From an uncultured Acetobacteraceae bacterium (lineage in GTDB: Bacteria; Pseudomonadota; Alphaproteobacteria; Acetobacterales; Acetobacteraceae), in NCBI GenBank assembly GCA_964242415.1, contig CAXTAT010000023.1, positions 14,580 through 78,579 on the forward strand: a stretch of 64,000 nt of DNA, given 5' to 3'. A model generated the notes under the pieces. That model made no database searches, was not told where the DNA came from, and saw nothing but the letters and a program-made list of their open reading frames with translations. Positions 53,251 to 62,397 of the stretch are shown here, piece by piece. Numbering within the stretch: position 1 is the first letter of the stretch; the number at the start of each line of letters is the position of its first letter. Position numbers and translations under genes: made by a program.

Positions 53251-53995
53251 CGGGGGACCCCAGGTAGGCCGTCACCACGTCCGGGTTCCGGCTGACCTCG
53301 GCGTAGTCGCCCTCCGCCAGGATCTGCCCGCGCGCCAGCACGGTGATGCGGTCGCATAGGCCCTCGACGACGCTCAGGTTGTGCTCGACCATCAGGATCG
53401 TGCGGCCGGTGCGGATGCGGCGGATCAGCGCCACCACGCGGTCCACGTCCTCATGCGTCATGCCGGCCGTCGGCTCGTCGAGCAACAGCATCTCCGGCTC
53501 CAGCGCCAGCGTCGTCGCGATCTCCAGCGCGCGCTTGCGGCCATAGGACAGCAGGGCCGCCGTCTCGTTCTCATAGCCCTCCAGCCCAACGTCGGACAGC
53601 AGCGCGCAGGCGCGGTCGTCGTACTGGTGCAGCAGCGATTCCGGCCGCCAGAAGTCGTAGCTGCCGCCGCGGGCGCGCTGCAGCGCCAGCCGCACGTTCT
53701 CCATCGCGGTCAGATGCGGGAACACCGCGGAGATCTGGAAGCTCCGCACCAGGCCCAGCCGCGCCACCGCCGCCGGCTTCTGCCCGGTGATGTCGCGGCC
53801 CTTGAAGCGGATGGTGCCGCGGGTCGGCGCCAGGAACTTGGTCAGCAGGTTGAAGCATGTGGTCTTGCCGGCGCCGTTGGGGCCGATCAGGGCGTGGATC
53901 GTCCCCTCCTGCACGCGCAGGTCCACGTTGTTCACGGCGATGAAGCCGCGGAACTCCCGCGTCATGCCTGCAGTTTCCAAAATGGCGTTTGGCAC
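53243..53995 (-). CDS. livG: branched-chain amino acid ABC transporter ATP-binding protein (LivG type)
   Basis: 250-aa ABC ATPase with GPNGAGKTT, LGLVRSFQ, LSYGRKRALEIA and LLLDEPTAGM. Confidence 0.85.
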   Translation of the reverse strand: MPNAILETAGMTREFRGFIAVNNVDLRVQEGTIHALIGPNGAGKTTCFNLLTKFLAPTRGTIRFKGRDITGQKPAAVARLGLVRSFQISAVFPHLTAMENVRLALQRARGGSYDFWRPESLLHQYDDRACALLSDVGLEGYENETAALLSYGRKRALEIATTLALEPEMLLLDEPTAGMTHEDVDRVVALIRRIRTGRTILMVEHNLSVVEGLCDRITVLARGQILAEGDYAEVSRNPDVVTAYLGSPDA

Positions 53996-54090
53996 CCCGA
54001 CGTTCCCTGTTTTTTACCTCTTACGGCGTTGATTTGCATATCGCAGGGGCCGGCGCAAGATTGTTCGCCATGGGGGAGGGCCGCTGCAAG

Positions 54091-54960
54091 ATGCCAAGTC
54101 CGATAAAGCTTCGCAGCCTGCTGTTTGCGCCGGGCGACAGCGAGCGGAAGGCTGCCAAGGCCGCGGCTTCCGCCGCCGATGGCGTCATCCTGGACCTCGA
54201 GGACAGCGTGGCGCCGCCGGGCAAGGAGGCCGCCCGCGCGATGGTCGCGGCACTGCTGCCCACCCTCGCCCGGCCCGGCGTGATCGTGCGCGTGAACCCG
54301 CGGGGAACACCCTGGTACTTGGCCGACCTCGCCGCCGCCGTCCCCGGCCGCCCGGCCGCCGTCATGCTGCCCAAATGCGCCGGGCCGCACGACCTGCACG
54401 CCCTGGACCACCACCTTGAGGCCCTGGAGGCGGCGCATGGCGTGCCGCAGGGCGCCATCGGCGTGCTCGCCCTGGTGACCGAAACCGCCGCGTCCCTGCT
54501 CCACATGAATTATGCCGGGGCGCCGGCACGGCTGCTGGCGCTGTGCTTCGGGGCCGAGGACCTGTCGGCCGACCTGGGGGTGTCCCCGCGCGACCCCGAT
54601 GGGCGCTATGCCGGCCCGGTCTCGTCCGCGCGGGCGCAGACGGTCACCGCCGCCGCCGCCGCCGGGGTGCCGGCGCTGGACACGCCGTGGCCCGACCCGC
54701 GCGATCCGGCCGGGCTGGCGATGGAGGCGGCACGGGCCGCCCGCGACGGCTTCGCCGGCAAGCTGTGCATCCATCCCGACCAGGTTGCCCCGGTGAACGC
54801 CGCCTTCACCCCCTCCCCCGAGCGCGTGGCCTGGGCGCGCCAGGTGCAGGATGGGTTCGCCGCCCGGCCCGGCGCCGGCGTGTTCTCGCTGGATGGAAAA
54901 ATGATCGACCGGCCCCATCTGAAGCTGGCCGAACGCATCCTGGCCGTCAGCCAAACCTGA
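54091..54960 (+). CDS. CitE / HpcH-HpaI family (citryl-, malyl- or citramalyl-CoA lyase beta-like) protein
   Basis: ORF 53989..54960, trimmed to the ATG at 54091 (MPSPIKLRSLLFAPGDSERK...), with a GGGGGAGGG upstream. CitE-like blocks are present: ADGVILDLEDSV, RVNP, EDLSADLG and CIHPDQV. Confidence 0.78.
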   Translation: MPSPIKLRSLLFAPGDSERKAAKAAASAADGVILDLEDSVAPPGKEAARAMVAALLPTLARPGVIVRVNPRGTPWYLADLAAAVPGRPAAVMLPKCAGPHDLHALDHHLEALEAAHGVPQGAIGVLALVTETAASLLHMNYAGAPARLLALCFGAEDLSADLGVSPRDPDGRYAGPVSSARAQTVTAAAAAGVPALDTPWPDPRDPAGLAMEAARAARDGFAGKLCIHPDQVAPVNAAFTPSPERVAWARQVQDGFAARPGAGVFSLDGKMIDRPHLKLAERILAVSQT

Positions 54961-55050
54961 CCCGCCGCCTTGCGGGCAGTGGTCGCACCATGGGATCGCG
55001 TCCGGTTTTGCGTAACAAGCCACCGCCACCTCACCAGGCCGCGACACCCT

Positions 55051-55593
55051 ATGCAAGACGACACGACCGACAACGAGTTGATGGCCCGCATCGCATCCGG
55101 CGACCGGGCCGCGTTCGACACCCTGGCCGGGCGCTACCTGCTGCGCCTGCGGCGGGCGGCGTTGCGCGTGCTGGGCGATCCGGCCGCGGCCGAGGACGTG
55201 GCGCAGGACGCGCTGCTGCGGGCCTGGTCCCGTGCCGGGTCGTTCGATCCGTCGCAGGCGGCGGCGTCCACCTGGCTGCACCGCATCGCCGTCAACGCCG
55301 CCATCGACCGCCTGCGCGCCACCCGTCCCTCCGGCGCCATGCCGGAGGACCTGGCCGATCCCGCCCCCGCCGCCGATGCCGCGCTGATCGCACAGCAGCG
55401 GCAGCAGATGCTGGCCGAGGCCATCGCCACCCTGCCCGACCGGCAGCGCGCCGCCATCGCCCTGACCTATGGCGAGGGCTGGTCCGGCCAGGACGCCGCC
55501 CGGGCGCTCAGCGTGTCCACCCGTGCCCTGGAGGGGCTGCTGCACCGCGGACGCAAGGTGCTGCGCGCCTACCTCGAAGCCCGCGGCGCATGA
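55051..55593 (+). CDS. ECF-type RNA polymerase sigma factor
   Basis: ATG at 55051 (MQDDTTDNELMARIASGDRAAFDTL...). Region 2 is EDVAQDALLRAWSRAGSF...WLHRIAVNAAIDRLR. Region 4 is LPDRQRAAIALTYGEGWSGQDAARALSVSTRALEGLLHRGRKVL. Confidence 0.88.
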   Translation: MQDDTTDNELMARIASGDRAAFDTLAGRYLLRLRRAALRVLGDPAAAEDVAQDALLRAWSRAGSFDPSQAAASTWLHRIAVNAAIDRLRATRPSGAMPEDLADPAPAADAALIAQQRQQMLAEAIATLPDRQRAAIALTYGEGWSGQDAARALSVSTRALEGLLHRGRKVLRAYLEARGA

Positions 55594-56024
55594 CCTGCCC
55601 GCTGGCATCCATGACGCTGCGCCGGCTGGACTGGGCGTTGCGCGCCCGCGGCACCGACCTGGCCGCATGGCCGGACGCCGACCGCCTGGCAGCCCTGGCG
55701 CTGCTGCGGGTCAGCCGCGCCGCCCGCACGGTGCTCGCGGATGCCCTGGCGCTGGATGACGCACGGCCAGATTACGGTGCCAATGGCCCGCTGCCGGGCG
55801 CACCGCCGCCGGACCATCTTGCCGATCCTGCCGCGCTGGCGCGGATGCAGGGTGCGTTGCGCGACTGCATGGCCCGGACCTCGCCCTTGCTGTCCGGCAT
55901 CAGGTGGGGCGTGCTGGCGGCCTGCACGGTGGCGGGACTGTACTTCGGCATGGCCGGCAGTGCCGCCGCGGACAGCGACGCGTTCGCGACGGTGCAGTCG
56001 CTGACGGTCGCCAGCGCGCTTTGA
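55590..56024 (+). CDS. putative anti-sigma factor (single-pass, C-terminal TM, short periplasmic tail)
   Basis: The ATG at 55590 overlaps the sigma stop (ATGA). It corresponds to the last 144 codons of ORF 54543..56024. One TM helix (WGVLAACTVAGLYFGMAG) lies near the C-terminus and there is no HxxxCxxC zinc motif. The assignment rests on position and topology only. Confidence 0.55.
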   Translation: MTCPLASMTLRRLDWALRARGTDLAAWPDADRLAALALLRVSRAARTVLADALALDDARPDYGANGPLPGAPPPDHLADPAALARMQGALRDCMARTSPLLSGIRWGVLAACTVAGLYFGMAGSAAADSDAFATVQSLTVASAL

Positions 56025-56037
56025 TCCCCTGTGCCCG

Positions 56038-56493
56038 ATGCGCCGCCTGACCCTCATCCTCCGGGAACCCTGGCGCACGCGGCTGCTGTGGCTGTCCATC
56101 GCCGGCAACCTGTTCGCCGTGGCCTTGATCGGCTCCCACATGGCCACCGGCCGGCCAGCCGGTCCCGGCGGACTGGAGGGCGTGGTCGAGCGCATGGCGC
56201 ACGACCTGCCGCCAGCCGATGCCGAGCAGTTCCGTGCCGTCCTGGCGCATGAGCGGCCCTGGTACGACCTGGCCCGGCGCAACATGGATGAATCCCGCGA
56301 GGCGCTGTCGCAGGCCATCGCCCACCAACCCTACGACGAGGCCGCCGTGCGCGCCCGGATGCAGGAATGGCAGGCCCGCTGGGTCGAGACCTCCAACCGC
56401 TTCGGCGAGAGCCTGCTGTCGGCGATCAGCTCCCTGTCCCCAGAAGGCCGCACCCGGCTCGCCGAAGCATCGCTGCGTACAGGCCGCCGGTGA
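56038..56493 (+). CDS. membrane-anchored periplasmic all-helical protein (CpxP/Spy/CnrX-like 'periplasmic heavy-metal sensor' type)
   Basis: 151-aa ORF with an N-terminal TM (LLWLSIAGNLFAVALIGSH), followed by about 115 aa rich in helix formers, Glu/Arg and several His residues (MAHDL, LAHERP, IAHQP). It lies between the anti-sigma and efflux genes. Confidence 0.55.
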   Translation: MRRLTLILREPWRTRLLWLSIAGNLFAVALIGSHMATGRPAGPGGLEGVVERMAHDLPPADAEQFRAVLAHERPWYDLARRNMDESREALSQAIAHQPYDEAAVRARMQEWQARWVETSNRFGESLLSAISSLSPEGRTRLAEASLRTGRR

Positions 56494-57911
56494 GCCCCGC
56501 CGCACTGCCGCTGGCCAGCGTGCTGCTGGCCACGATCCTCATTGGCGGATGCAGTCTCGGTCCGTTCTACGAGCGGCCGAAGCTTGACGTGCCCGGCGCG
56601 TTCCAGGCGACGGCCGACACCGCCGCAGCCGCCTGGCCGCCGCCCGAGTGGTGGCGCAACTTCGGTTCGCCGGAGCTGAACACGCTGATCGTCGCTGCGC
56701 GGGCCTACAACGCCAACCTCGCCGCTGCCGCCGCGCGCATCGTGCAGGCCGACGCCCAGGTGCGGATCAGCGGGGCGCCGCTGCTGCCCACCGTGCAGGG
56801 CGGCCTGAGCGACAGCTACCAGCGCAGCGGCACCGGGAGCAGCACGACCCCCACTTTCGGCAAACAGCGTTACTTCGACTTCCGCAGCTACAGCGCCAAC
56901 TTGCAGGTGTCCTACGACGTGGACTTCTGGGGCCGCAACCGCGCCCTGGCCGAGGCGGCGCAGGCCAGCGCCGTCGCCACCCGGTTCGACCAGGAGACGG
57001 TTGCGTTGAACGTCGTCACCTCCGTCGCCACCACCTACTTTCAATGGCTTGGGGCGCTGGACCGGCTGCACATCGCCGAGCGCAACCTGGCCACGGCGGC
57101 CAATGTGCTCGGCGCCTTCAAGGCCCGGCTGACCGTCGGCACCGCCAACGCGCTGGACGTGTCGCAGCAGGAGGCGCTGGTGGCCAGCCAGCGCGCCGCC
57201 ATCCCGGGCCTGCAGAACAACGCCGAGCAGCAGCGCCTCGGCCTGGGCATCCTGGTCGGGGTGCCGCCGGAGCGCCTGGCCGCGCGGGGCGGCAGCCTGG
57301 ACAAGCTGCCGCTGCCGCTGGTGGCGCCGGGCCTGCCGAGCGAGCTGCTGGCGCGCCGCCCGGACGTCGCCAACGCCGAGGCGCAGTTGGTGTCGGAGAA
57401 CGCCAACATCCGCGCCGCCCGCGCCGCGTTCTTCCCGGACGTGCAGTTGACCGGGTCGGGCGGGCTGACCAGCGCGGCGCTGAGCACGATCACGGGGCCG
57501 GGAACCGTCGTGGCGCAGCTTGCCGCGAACCTCACGCAGACCATCTTCGATAATGGGCTGCGGCGCGGCCAACTCGACCAGTCCAAGGGGCGGTATGACG
57601 AGTTGCTGGCGAACTATCACCAGGCGGTGCTGCAGAGCTTCACCGACGTGGAGCAGGCATTGGTGGCATTGCGCCTCACGACGGAGCAAGAGGACCTGAC
57701 GCGGCAGGCCGTCGCCGTGGCGCAGCGCTCAGCCGATATCGCCGGGGCGCAACTGCTGGCAGGGACCATCGACATCATCACGTCGCTCAACACGCAGACC
57801 ACGCTGTTCTCCGACCTCGACTCCCTGACGCAGGTGCGGCTGGCGCGGTTCCAGGCCTTGGTGAACCTGTACAAGGCGCTTGGCGGCGGCTGGTCCGGGG
57901 GCGTGACATGA
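56490..57911 (+). CDS. RND efflux outer-membrane factor lipoprotein (NodT family)
   Basis: The GTG at 56490 overlaps the preceding stop (GTGA). The product begins xSPAALPLASVLLATILIGGCS with lipobox LIGGC and continues ...GPFYERPKLDVP.... Duplicated OEP repeats are present. The N-terminal 41 codons of the ORF-track call are an overlap artefact. Confidence 0.88.
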   Translation: MSPAALPLASVLLATILIGGCSLGPFYERPKLDVPGAFQATADTAAAAWPPPEWWRNFGSPELNTLIVAARAYNANLAAAAARIVQADAQVRISGAPLLPTVQGGLSDSYQRSGTGSSTTPTFGKQRYFDFRSYSANLQVSYDVDFWGRNRALAEAAQASAVATRFDQETVALNVVTSVATTYFQWLGALDRLHIAERNLATAANVLGAFKARLTVGTANALDVSQQEALVASQRAAIPGLQNNAEQQRLGLGILVGVPPERLAARGGSLDKLPLPLVAPGLPSELLARRPDVANAEAQLVSENANIRAARAAFFPDVQLTGSGGLTSAALSTITGPGTVVAQLAANLTQTIFDNGLRRGQLDQSKGRYDELLANYHQAVLQSFTDVEQALVALRLTTEQEDLTRQAVAVAQRSADIAGAQLLAGTIDIITSLNTQTTLFSDLDSLTQVRLARFQALVNLYKALGGGWSGGVT

Positions 57912-59134
57912 GGCGTGTGCTGCTGGTCCTGCTGGTGCTGGCCGCGGCCGGTGGGACCGGGTACTATTACCATGTCCAGAACGAGCCGGCCGCATCGTCG
58001 CCCAACCTCGGCGGGCTGAGTCACCGCGGCGGGACGGATGACGCGCCAGTCCCCGTGCTGGCAGGCCGCAGCGAGGCGCGGGACGTGCCGATCTACCTTG
58101 ACGGCCTCGGCACCGTGCAGGCGTTCAACCTGGTGCAGGTGCGCGCCTTCGTCGATGGCCCGCTGCTGGAGGTGCGCTTCAAGGAGGGCCAGGACGTGCA
58201 CACCGGCGACGTGCTGGCCCGCATCGATCCGCGGTCCTACCAGGCCAGCCTGGACAGCGCGACGGCGAAGAAGCAGCAGGACGAGGCCAACCTGGCCAAC
58301 CTGCGGCTGGATGTCGGCCGGTACTCCAAGCTGGCTGCGGGCAACTACAGCAGCGGGCAGCAGGTGGACACTGCCCGCGCCGCCGCCGCGCAGATGGAGG
58401 CGCAGGTGCGCGGCGACCAGGCTGCCATCGACACCGCCAAGACCAACCTGGGCTACACCACCATCACCGCGCCAATCGACGGGCGCGTCGGCATCCGGCA
58501 GGTCGATGCCGGCAACCTGGTGCGTGCCACCGACCTGTCGCCGCTGACGGTGCTGACGCAGTTGAAGCCGATTTCCGTGGTGTTCACCCTGCCGCAGCAG
58601 GCGTTGCCGGCGGTGGCGAAATCGATGCAGGGCGGGGCGCCGCCGGTGCTGGCGCTGCGGGGGGACGGCGACACTGCCAACCCGCTGGACCGCGGCCAGT
58701 TGGCGGTGCTGGACAACCAAGTCGATCCCGCGACGGGCACCATCAAGCTGAAGGCCACCTTCCCCAACGACGGCCTGCTGCTGTGGCCCGGCGGCTTCGT
58801 GAACGTGCGGATGCTGGTGGAGACCCTGCACGGCGTGGTGACGGTGCCGACCTCGGCCGTCCAGCGCGGCCCGCGCGGGAACTTCGTCTATGTCGTTTCG
58901 GACGACAGAGCGGCGCACCGCCGGATGGTGCAGATCGGGCATGAGGACGATGGCACCAGCGTCATCACCGATGGCCTGCAGGCGGGCGAGCAGGTGGTGA
59001 CGGACGGCGCGCACCGCGTGGTCGAGGAGGGCAAGGTCGCCGTTGCCGGACCCGATGGCACGGCGCCGGACGCGATCGTGAAGGAGCGCAGCGCGCCGGG
59101 CAACGGCGTCCGCCGGACGCGCACGGCGGGCTAG
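57908..59134 (+). CDS. mdtA: RND efflux periplasmic adaptor (MdtA/MuxA type)
   Basis: 408-aa ORF whose ATG overlaps the OMF stop (ATGA). It has a TM/signal segment LLVLLVLAAAGG and HlyD-like blocks (GTVQAFNLVQVRAFVDG, LARIDPR, GYTTITAPIDGRVG). Confidence 0.85.
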   Translation: MRRVLLVLLVLAAAGGTGYYYHVQNEPAASSPNLGGLSHRGGTDDAPVPVLAGRSEARDVPIYLDGLGTVQAFNLVQVRAFVDGPLLEVRFKEGQDVHTGDVLARIDPRSYQASLDSATAKKQQDEANLANLRLDVGRYSKLAAGNYSSGQQVDTARAAAAQMEAQVRGDQAAIDTAKTNLGYTTITAPIDGRVGIRQVDAGNLVRATDLSPLTVLTQLKPISVVFTLPQQALPAVAKSMQGGAPPVLALRGDGDTANPLDRGQLAVLDNQVDPATGTIKLKATFPNDGLLLWPGGFVNVRMLVETLHGVVTVPTSAVQRGPRGNFVYVVSDDRAAHRRMVQIGHEDDGTSVITDGLQAGEQVVTDGAHRVVEEGKVAVAGPDGTAPDAIVKERSAPGNGVRRTRTAG

Positions 59135-59135
59135 G

Positions 59136-62100
59136 GTGAACATCTCCGCCCCGTTCATCGCGCGGCCCATCGCCACCTGGCTGCTGGCCTTGGCGGTGCT
59201 GCTGGCGGGCCTGATGGGCTACCGCGCCCTGCCCGTCGCAGCACTTCCCACGGTGGACTTCCCGACGATCCAGGTCACGACGCAGTTGCCCGGCGCCGGG
59301 CCGGACACGGTGGCGACGCTGATCACCGCGTCGCTGGAGCGGCAGTTCGGCCAGATCACCGGCCTGGCCGTGATGACCAGCACCAGCAGCGAAGGCACCA
59401 GCCAGATCACCCTGCAGTTCAACCTGAACCGCGCCCTGGACAGCGCCGCGCAGGACGTGCAGGCGGCGATCAACGCGGCATCCGGCACCTTGCCGACCAC
59501 CCTGCCCTATCCCCCCGTGTATGCGAAGGTGAACCCGGCCGACGCGCCGATCCTGTCCCTGGCGCTCACGTCCGAGACGGTGCCCATCGACCGCATCAGC
59601 GACGCCGCCGACACCCTGCTGCAGCCGAAGCTCAGCCAGATCGACGGGGTGGGCAAGGTGACGGTGCAGGGCGGGTTGCGCCCCGCCGTGCGGGTGCGGC
59701 TGGACCCGGCGCGGGTGGCGGCGTACGGGCTGTCGCTGGAGGACGTGCGGGCGGCGGTGTCGGCGGCGAACGTGAACGGGGCCAAGGGCGGCTTCGACGG
59801 GCCGCGCCAGGCCTATGCGCTGGGGGCCAACGACCAGCTCGTGACGCCCGCCGCCTACGAGGACCTGGTGATCGCCTACCGCAACACCGCGCCGGTGCGG
59901 CTGTCGGATCTGGGCAGCGTGATCGGCGGGGTGGAGAACAACCGCGTGGCCGGCTGGTACAACGGCCAGCCCGCGGTGGTGCTGGACATCCAGCGCCAGC
60001 CCGGCGCCAACATCGTCAGCACCGTCGCCGCGATCAAGCAGGCGCTGCCCGGGATGCGAGCGGCGATCCCGGCGGGGGTGGCGATGACAGTCGTGACGGA
60101 CCGCACCGAGACCATCCGCGCCTCCGTCGCCGACGTGCAGTACACCCTGGTGCTGTCGATCGTGCTGGTGGTGGGCGTGATCTTCCTGTTCCTCCGCAGT
60201 GCGCGGGCGACGATCATCCCGGCGGTGGCGCTGCCCTTGTCCCTGATCGGCACCTTCGGCGTGATGGCGCTGTGCGGGTTCAGCCTGGACAACCTGTCGC
60301 TGATGGCGCTGACCGTCGCGACCGGCTTCGTGGTGGACGACGCCATCGTGATGATCGAGAACGTCGTCCGCTTCATCGAGGACGGGGTGCCGCCGCTGCA
60401 GGCGGCCTACAAGGGCGCGGCGCAGATCGGCTTCACCATTGTGTCGCTGACCATCAGCCTGGTCGCGGTGTTCATCCCGCTGCTGTTCATGACCGGCGTG
60501 GTGGGCCGGCTGTTCAACGAGTTCGCGGTGGTGCTCAGCACCTCGGTGATCGTGTCCGCGCTGGTGTCGCTGACGCTGACGCCGATGATGTGCGGGCGGC
60601 TGCTGCGGGCGCACGACAGGCCGAGCTGGCTGACCGGTTGGTTCGAGCGCGGCTTCCTGGCGACCACGCGGTTCTACCGCCGCACCCTGCAGGTTGCGCT
60701 GCGGCATCAGGGCTTCGTGCTGCTGGTTGCGGTCGGGACGCTGTTCGGCACCATCGCCCTGTATGCCGTGACCCCCAAGGGCTTCCTGCCGCTGCAGGAC
60801 ACCGGCGTGATCGTCGCCGTGACGGAGGCGGCGCAGAGCGCCTCCATCCCGCGCATGACCGAGTTGCAAACCGGCCTGGCGGACACGGCGCTGCAGGACC
60901 CCGCCGTGGCGGGCGTCGTGTCATTCGTCGGCGCCGGGGCGATCAACGCCACGCCCAACACCGGGCGGCTGACCATCACGCTCAAGCCGCGGACCCAGCG
61001 GGACCCAGCGCCCGTCGTCATGCAGCGGCTGCAGCGGGCGATGTCCGGCGCCCCCGGCATATCGGTGTTCATGCAGCCGGTGCAGGACATCCAGATCGGC
61101 ACCCGCATCAGCCGCACGCAGTTCCAGTACACCCTGCTGGACACCGACGCCAACGAGCTGGCGACCTGGGCGCCCCGCCTGCAGGCCCGGCTGGCCGGGA
61201 TGCCCGACCTGCGCGACATCGCCAGCGACCAGCAGACCGACGGCTTCGCGACGCACATCGAGGTGGACCGGGACGCGGCGATGCGGCTGGGCGTGTCGAT
61301 GCAGGCGGTGCAGGACACCCTGTATGATGCGTTCGGCCAGCGGCAGATCAGCACCATCTTCAGCCAGTCCAACCAGTACCGCGTGATCCTGGAGGCCGAC
61401 CCGGCGTGGCAGGCGGACCCGCACTCGCTGGACCGGCTGCGGGTGCCGGGCACGCCGGGGGTGGGCGGGCTGGCGACGCCGCAGGTGCCGCTGTCGGCCA
61501 TCGCCACCATCACCCGCGGCACGGCGCAACTGGCGGTGACGCACCAGAGCCAGTTCCCCTCGATCACGCTGAGCTTCAACCTGGCGCCGGGCGCCAGCCT
61601 GAGCCATGCCGTTGCGGCGGTGGCGCAGGCGGAGCAGGAAATGCGCCTGCCGCCCACCATCGTCGGCAGCTACTCCGGCGACGCAGCGGAGTTCCAGAGC
61701 AGCCTGAGCAGCGAGCCTTGGCTGATCCTGGCGGCGGTGGTGGTGATCTACATCGTGCTGGGCGTGCTGTATGAGAGCACGATCCACCCCATCACCATCC
61801 TGTCCACGCTGCCCTCGGCCGGGATCGGGGCGTTGCTGGCGCTGCTGCTGGCCGGGCAGGACCTTTCCCTGGTGGCGCTGGTGGGCATCGTGCTGCTGAT
61901 GGGCATCGTGAAGAAGAACGCCATCATGATGATCGACTTCGCCCTGGAGGCGGAGCGGGACCGCGGGCTGTTGCCCCTGGAGGCGATCACCGAGGCCAGC
62001 CTGCTGCGGTTCCGGCCGATCATGATGACCACCGCCGCGGCGCTGCTGGGCGCGCTGCCGCTGGTGCTGGAGCGCGGCACCGGGTCCGAGCTGCGGTATC

Positions 62101-62234
62101 CGCTGGGCCTGACCATCGTGGGAGGATTGCTGCTCAGCCAGGTGCTGACGCTCTACACGACGCCGGTGATCTACCTGGCGTTCGAGCGCCTGCGGCTGCG
62201 CTTTACCCGTACGCGACTGGCGGCGGCAGAATGA
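59136..62234 (+). CDS. mdtB: RND multidrug efflux permease (MdtB/MuxB type)
   Basis: 1032-aa ORF with a GTG start 1 nt after the adaptor stop. It begins xNISAPFIARPIATWLLALAV and has a 12-TM AcrB-family architecture. Confidence 0.9.
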   Translation: MNISAPFIARPIATWLLALAVLLAGLMGYRALPVAALPTVDFPTIQVTTQLPGAGPDTVATLITASLERQFGQITGLAVMTSTSSEGTSQITLQFNLNRALDSAAQDVQAAINAASGTLPTTLPYPPVYAKVNPADAPILSLALTSETVPIDRISDAADTLLQPKLSQIDGVGKVTVQGGLRPAVRVRLDPARVAAYGLSLEDVRAAVSAANVNGAKGGFDGPRQAYALGANDQLVTPAAYEDLVIAYRNTAPVRLSDLGSVIGGVENNRVAGWYNGQPAVVLDIQRQPGANIVSTVAAIKQALPGMRAAIPAGVAMTVVTDRTETIRASVADVQYTLVLSIVLVVGVIFLFLRSARATIIPAVALPLSLIGTFGVMALCGFSLDNLSLMALTVATGFVVDDAIVMIENVVRFIEDGVPPLQAAYKGAAQIGFTIVSLTISLVAVFIPLLFMTGVVGRLFNEFAVVLSTSVIVSALVSLTLTPMMCGRLLRAHDRPSWLTGWFERGFLATTRFYRRTLQVALRHQGFVLLVAVGTLFGTIALYAVTPKGFLPLQDTGVIVAVTEAAQSASIPRMTELQTGLADTALQDPAVAGVVSFVGAGAINATPNTGRLTITLKPRTQRDPAPVVMQRLQRAMSGAPGISVFMQPVQDIQIGTRISRTQFQYTLLDTDANELATWAPRLQARLAGMPDLRDIASDQQTDGFATHIEVDRDAAMRLGVSMQAVQDTLYDAFGQRQISTIFSQSNQYRVILEADPAWQADPHSLDRLRVPGTPGVGGLATPQVPLSAIATITRGTAQLAVTHQSQFPSITLSFNLAPGASLSHAVAAVAQAEQEMRLPPTIVGSYSGDAAEFQSSLSSEPWLILAAVVVIYIVLGVLYESTIHPITILSTLPSAGIGALLALLLAGQDLSLVALVGIVLLMGIVKKNAIMMIDFALEAERDRGLLPLEAITEASLLRFRPIMMTTAAALLGALPLVLERGTGSELRYPLGLTIVGGLLLSQVLTLYTTPVIYLAFERLRLRFTRTRLAAAE

Positions 62235-62243
62235 CAAGTCGCT

Positions 62244-62390
62244 GCTTCTCCCTCTCCCTCCGGGAGAGGGCCGGGGTGAGGGGGCGGGCCAGCACAGCCC
62301 TGTCCGCCAACGGAACAGCCCCACAAACAGCCGACATCCGCGCCGCAAGACCCCCTCACCCCGACCCTCTCCCGGAGGGAGAGGGGGCAG
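62244..62390. repeat. REP-like family 1, inverted pair (copy 4 of 4), between the two RND genes
   Basis: The left arm is GCTTCTCCCTCTCCCTCCGGGAGAGGGCCGGGGTGAGGGGG. The right arm is CCCCCTCACCCCGACCCTCTCCCGGAGGGAGAGGGGGCAG. The right arm ends 8 nt before the mdtC ATG. Confidence 0.88.
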
Positions 62391-62397
62391 CAGCGTC

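Noticed and set aside
54961-55050. Search for an ECF-type autoregulatory promoter (GGAAC-N16-17-CGT) upstream of the sigma gene
   Set aside because: Only a GTAAC at about 55011 was found, with no properly spaced CGT-type -10 element. I cannot support a call.
53962-55668. 568-aa minus-strand ORF opposite the CitE-like and ECF sigma genes
   Set aside because: It is a shadow ORF. The plus-strand genes have clear family motifs and start-site context, and the minus-strand translation is compositionally biased junk.
54543-56024. 493-aa plus-strand ORF covering the CitE-like 3' end, the sigma gene and the anti-sigma gene
   Set aside because: Only the last 144 codons, from the ATG at 55590, are plausible as the anti-sigma. 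The remainder is an alternative frame of two real genes.
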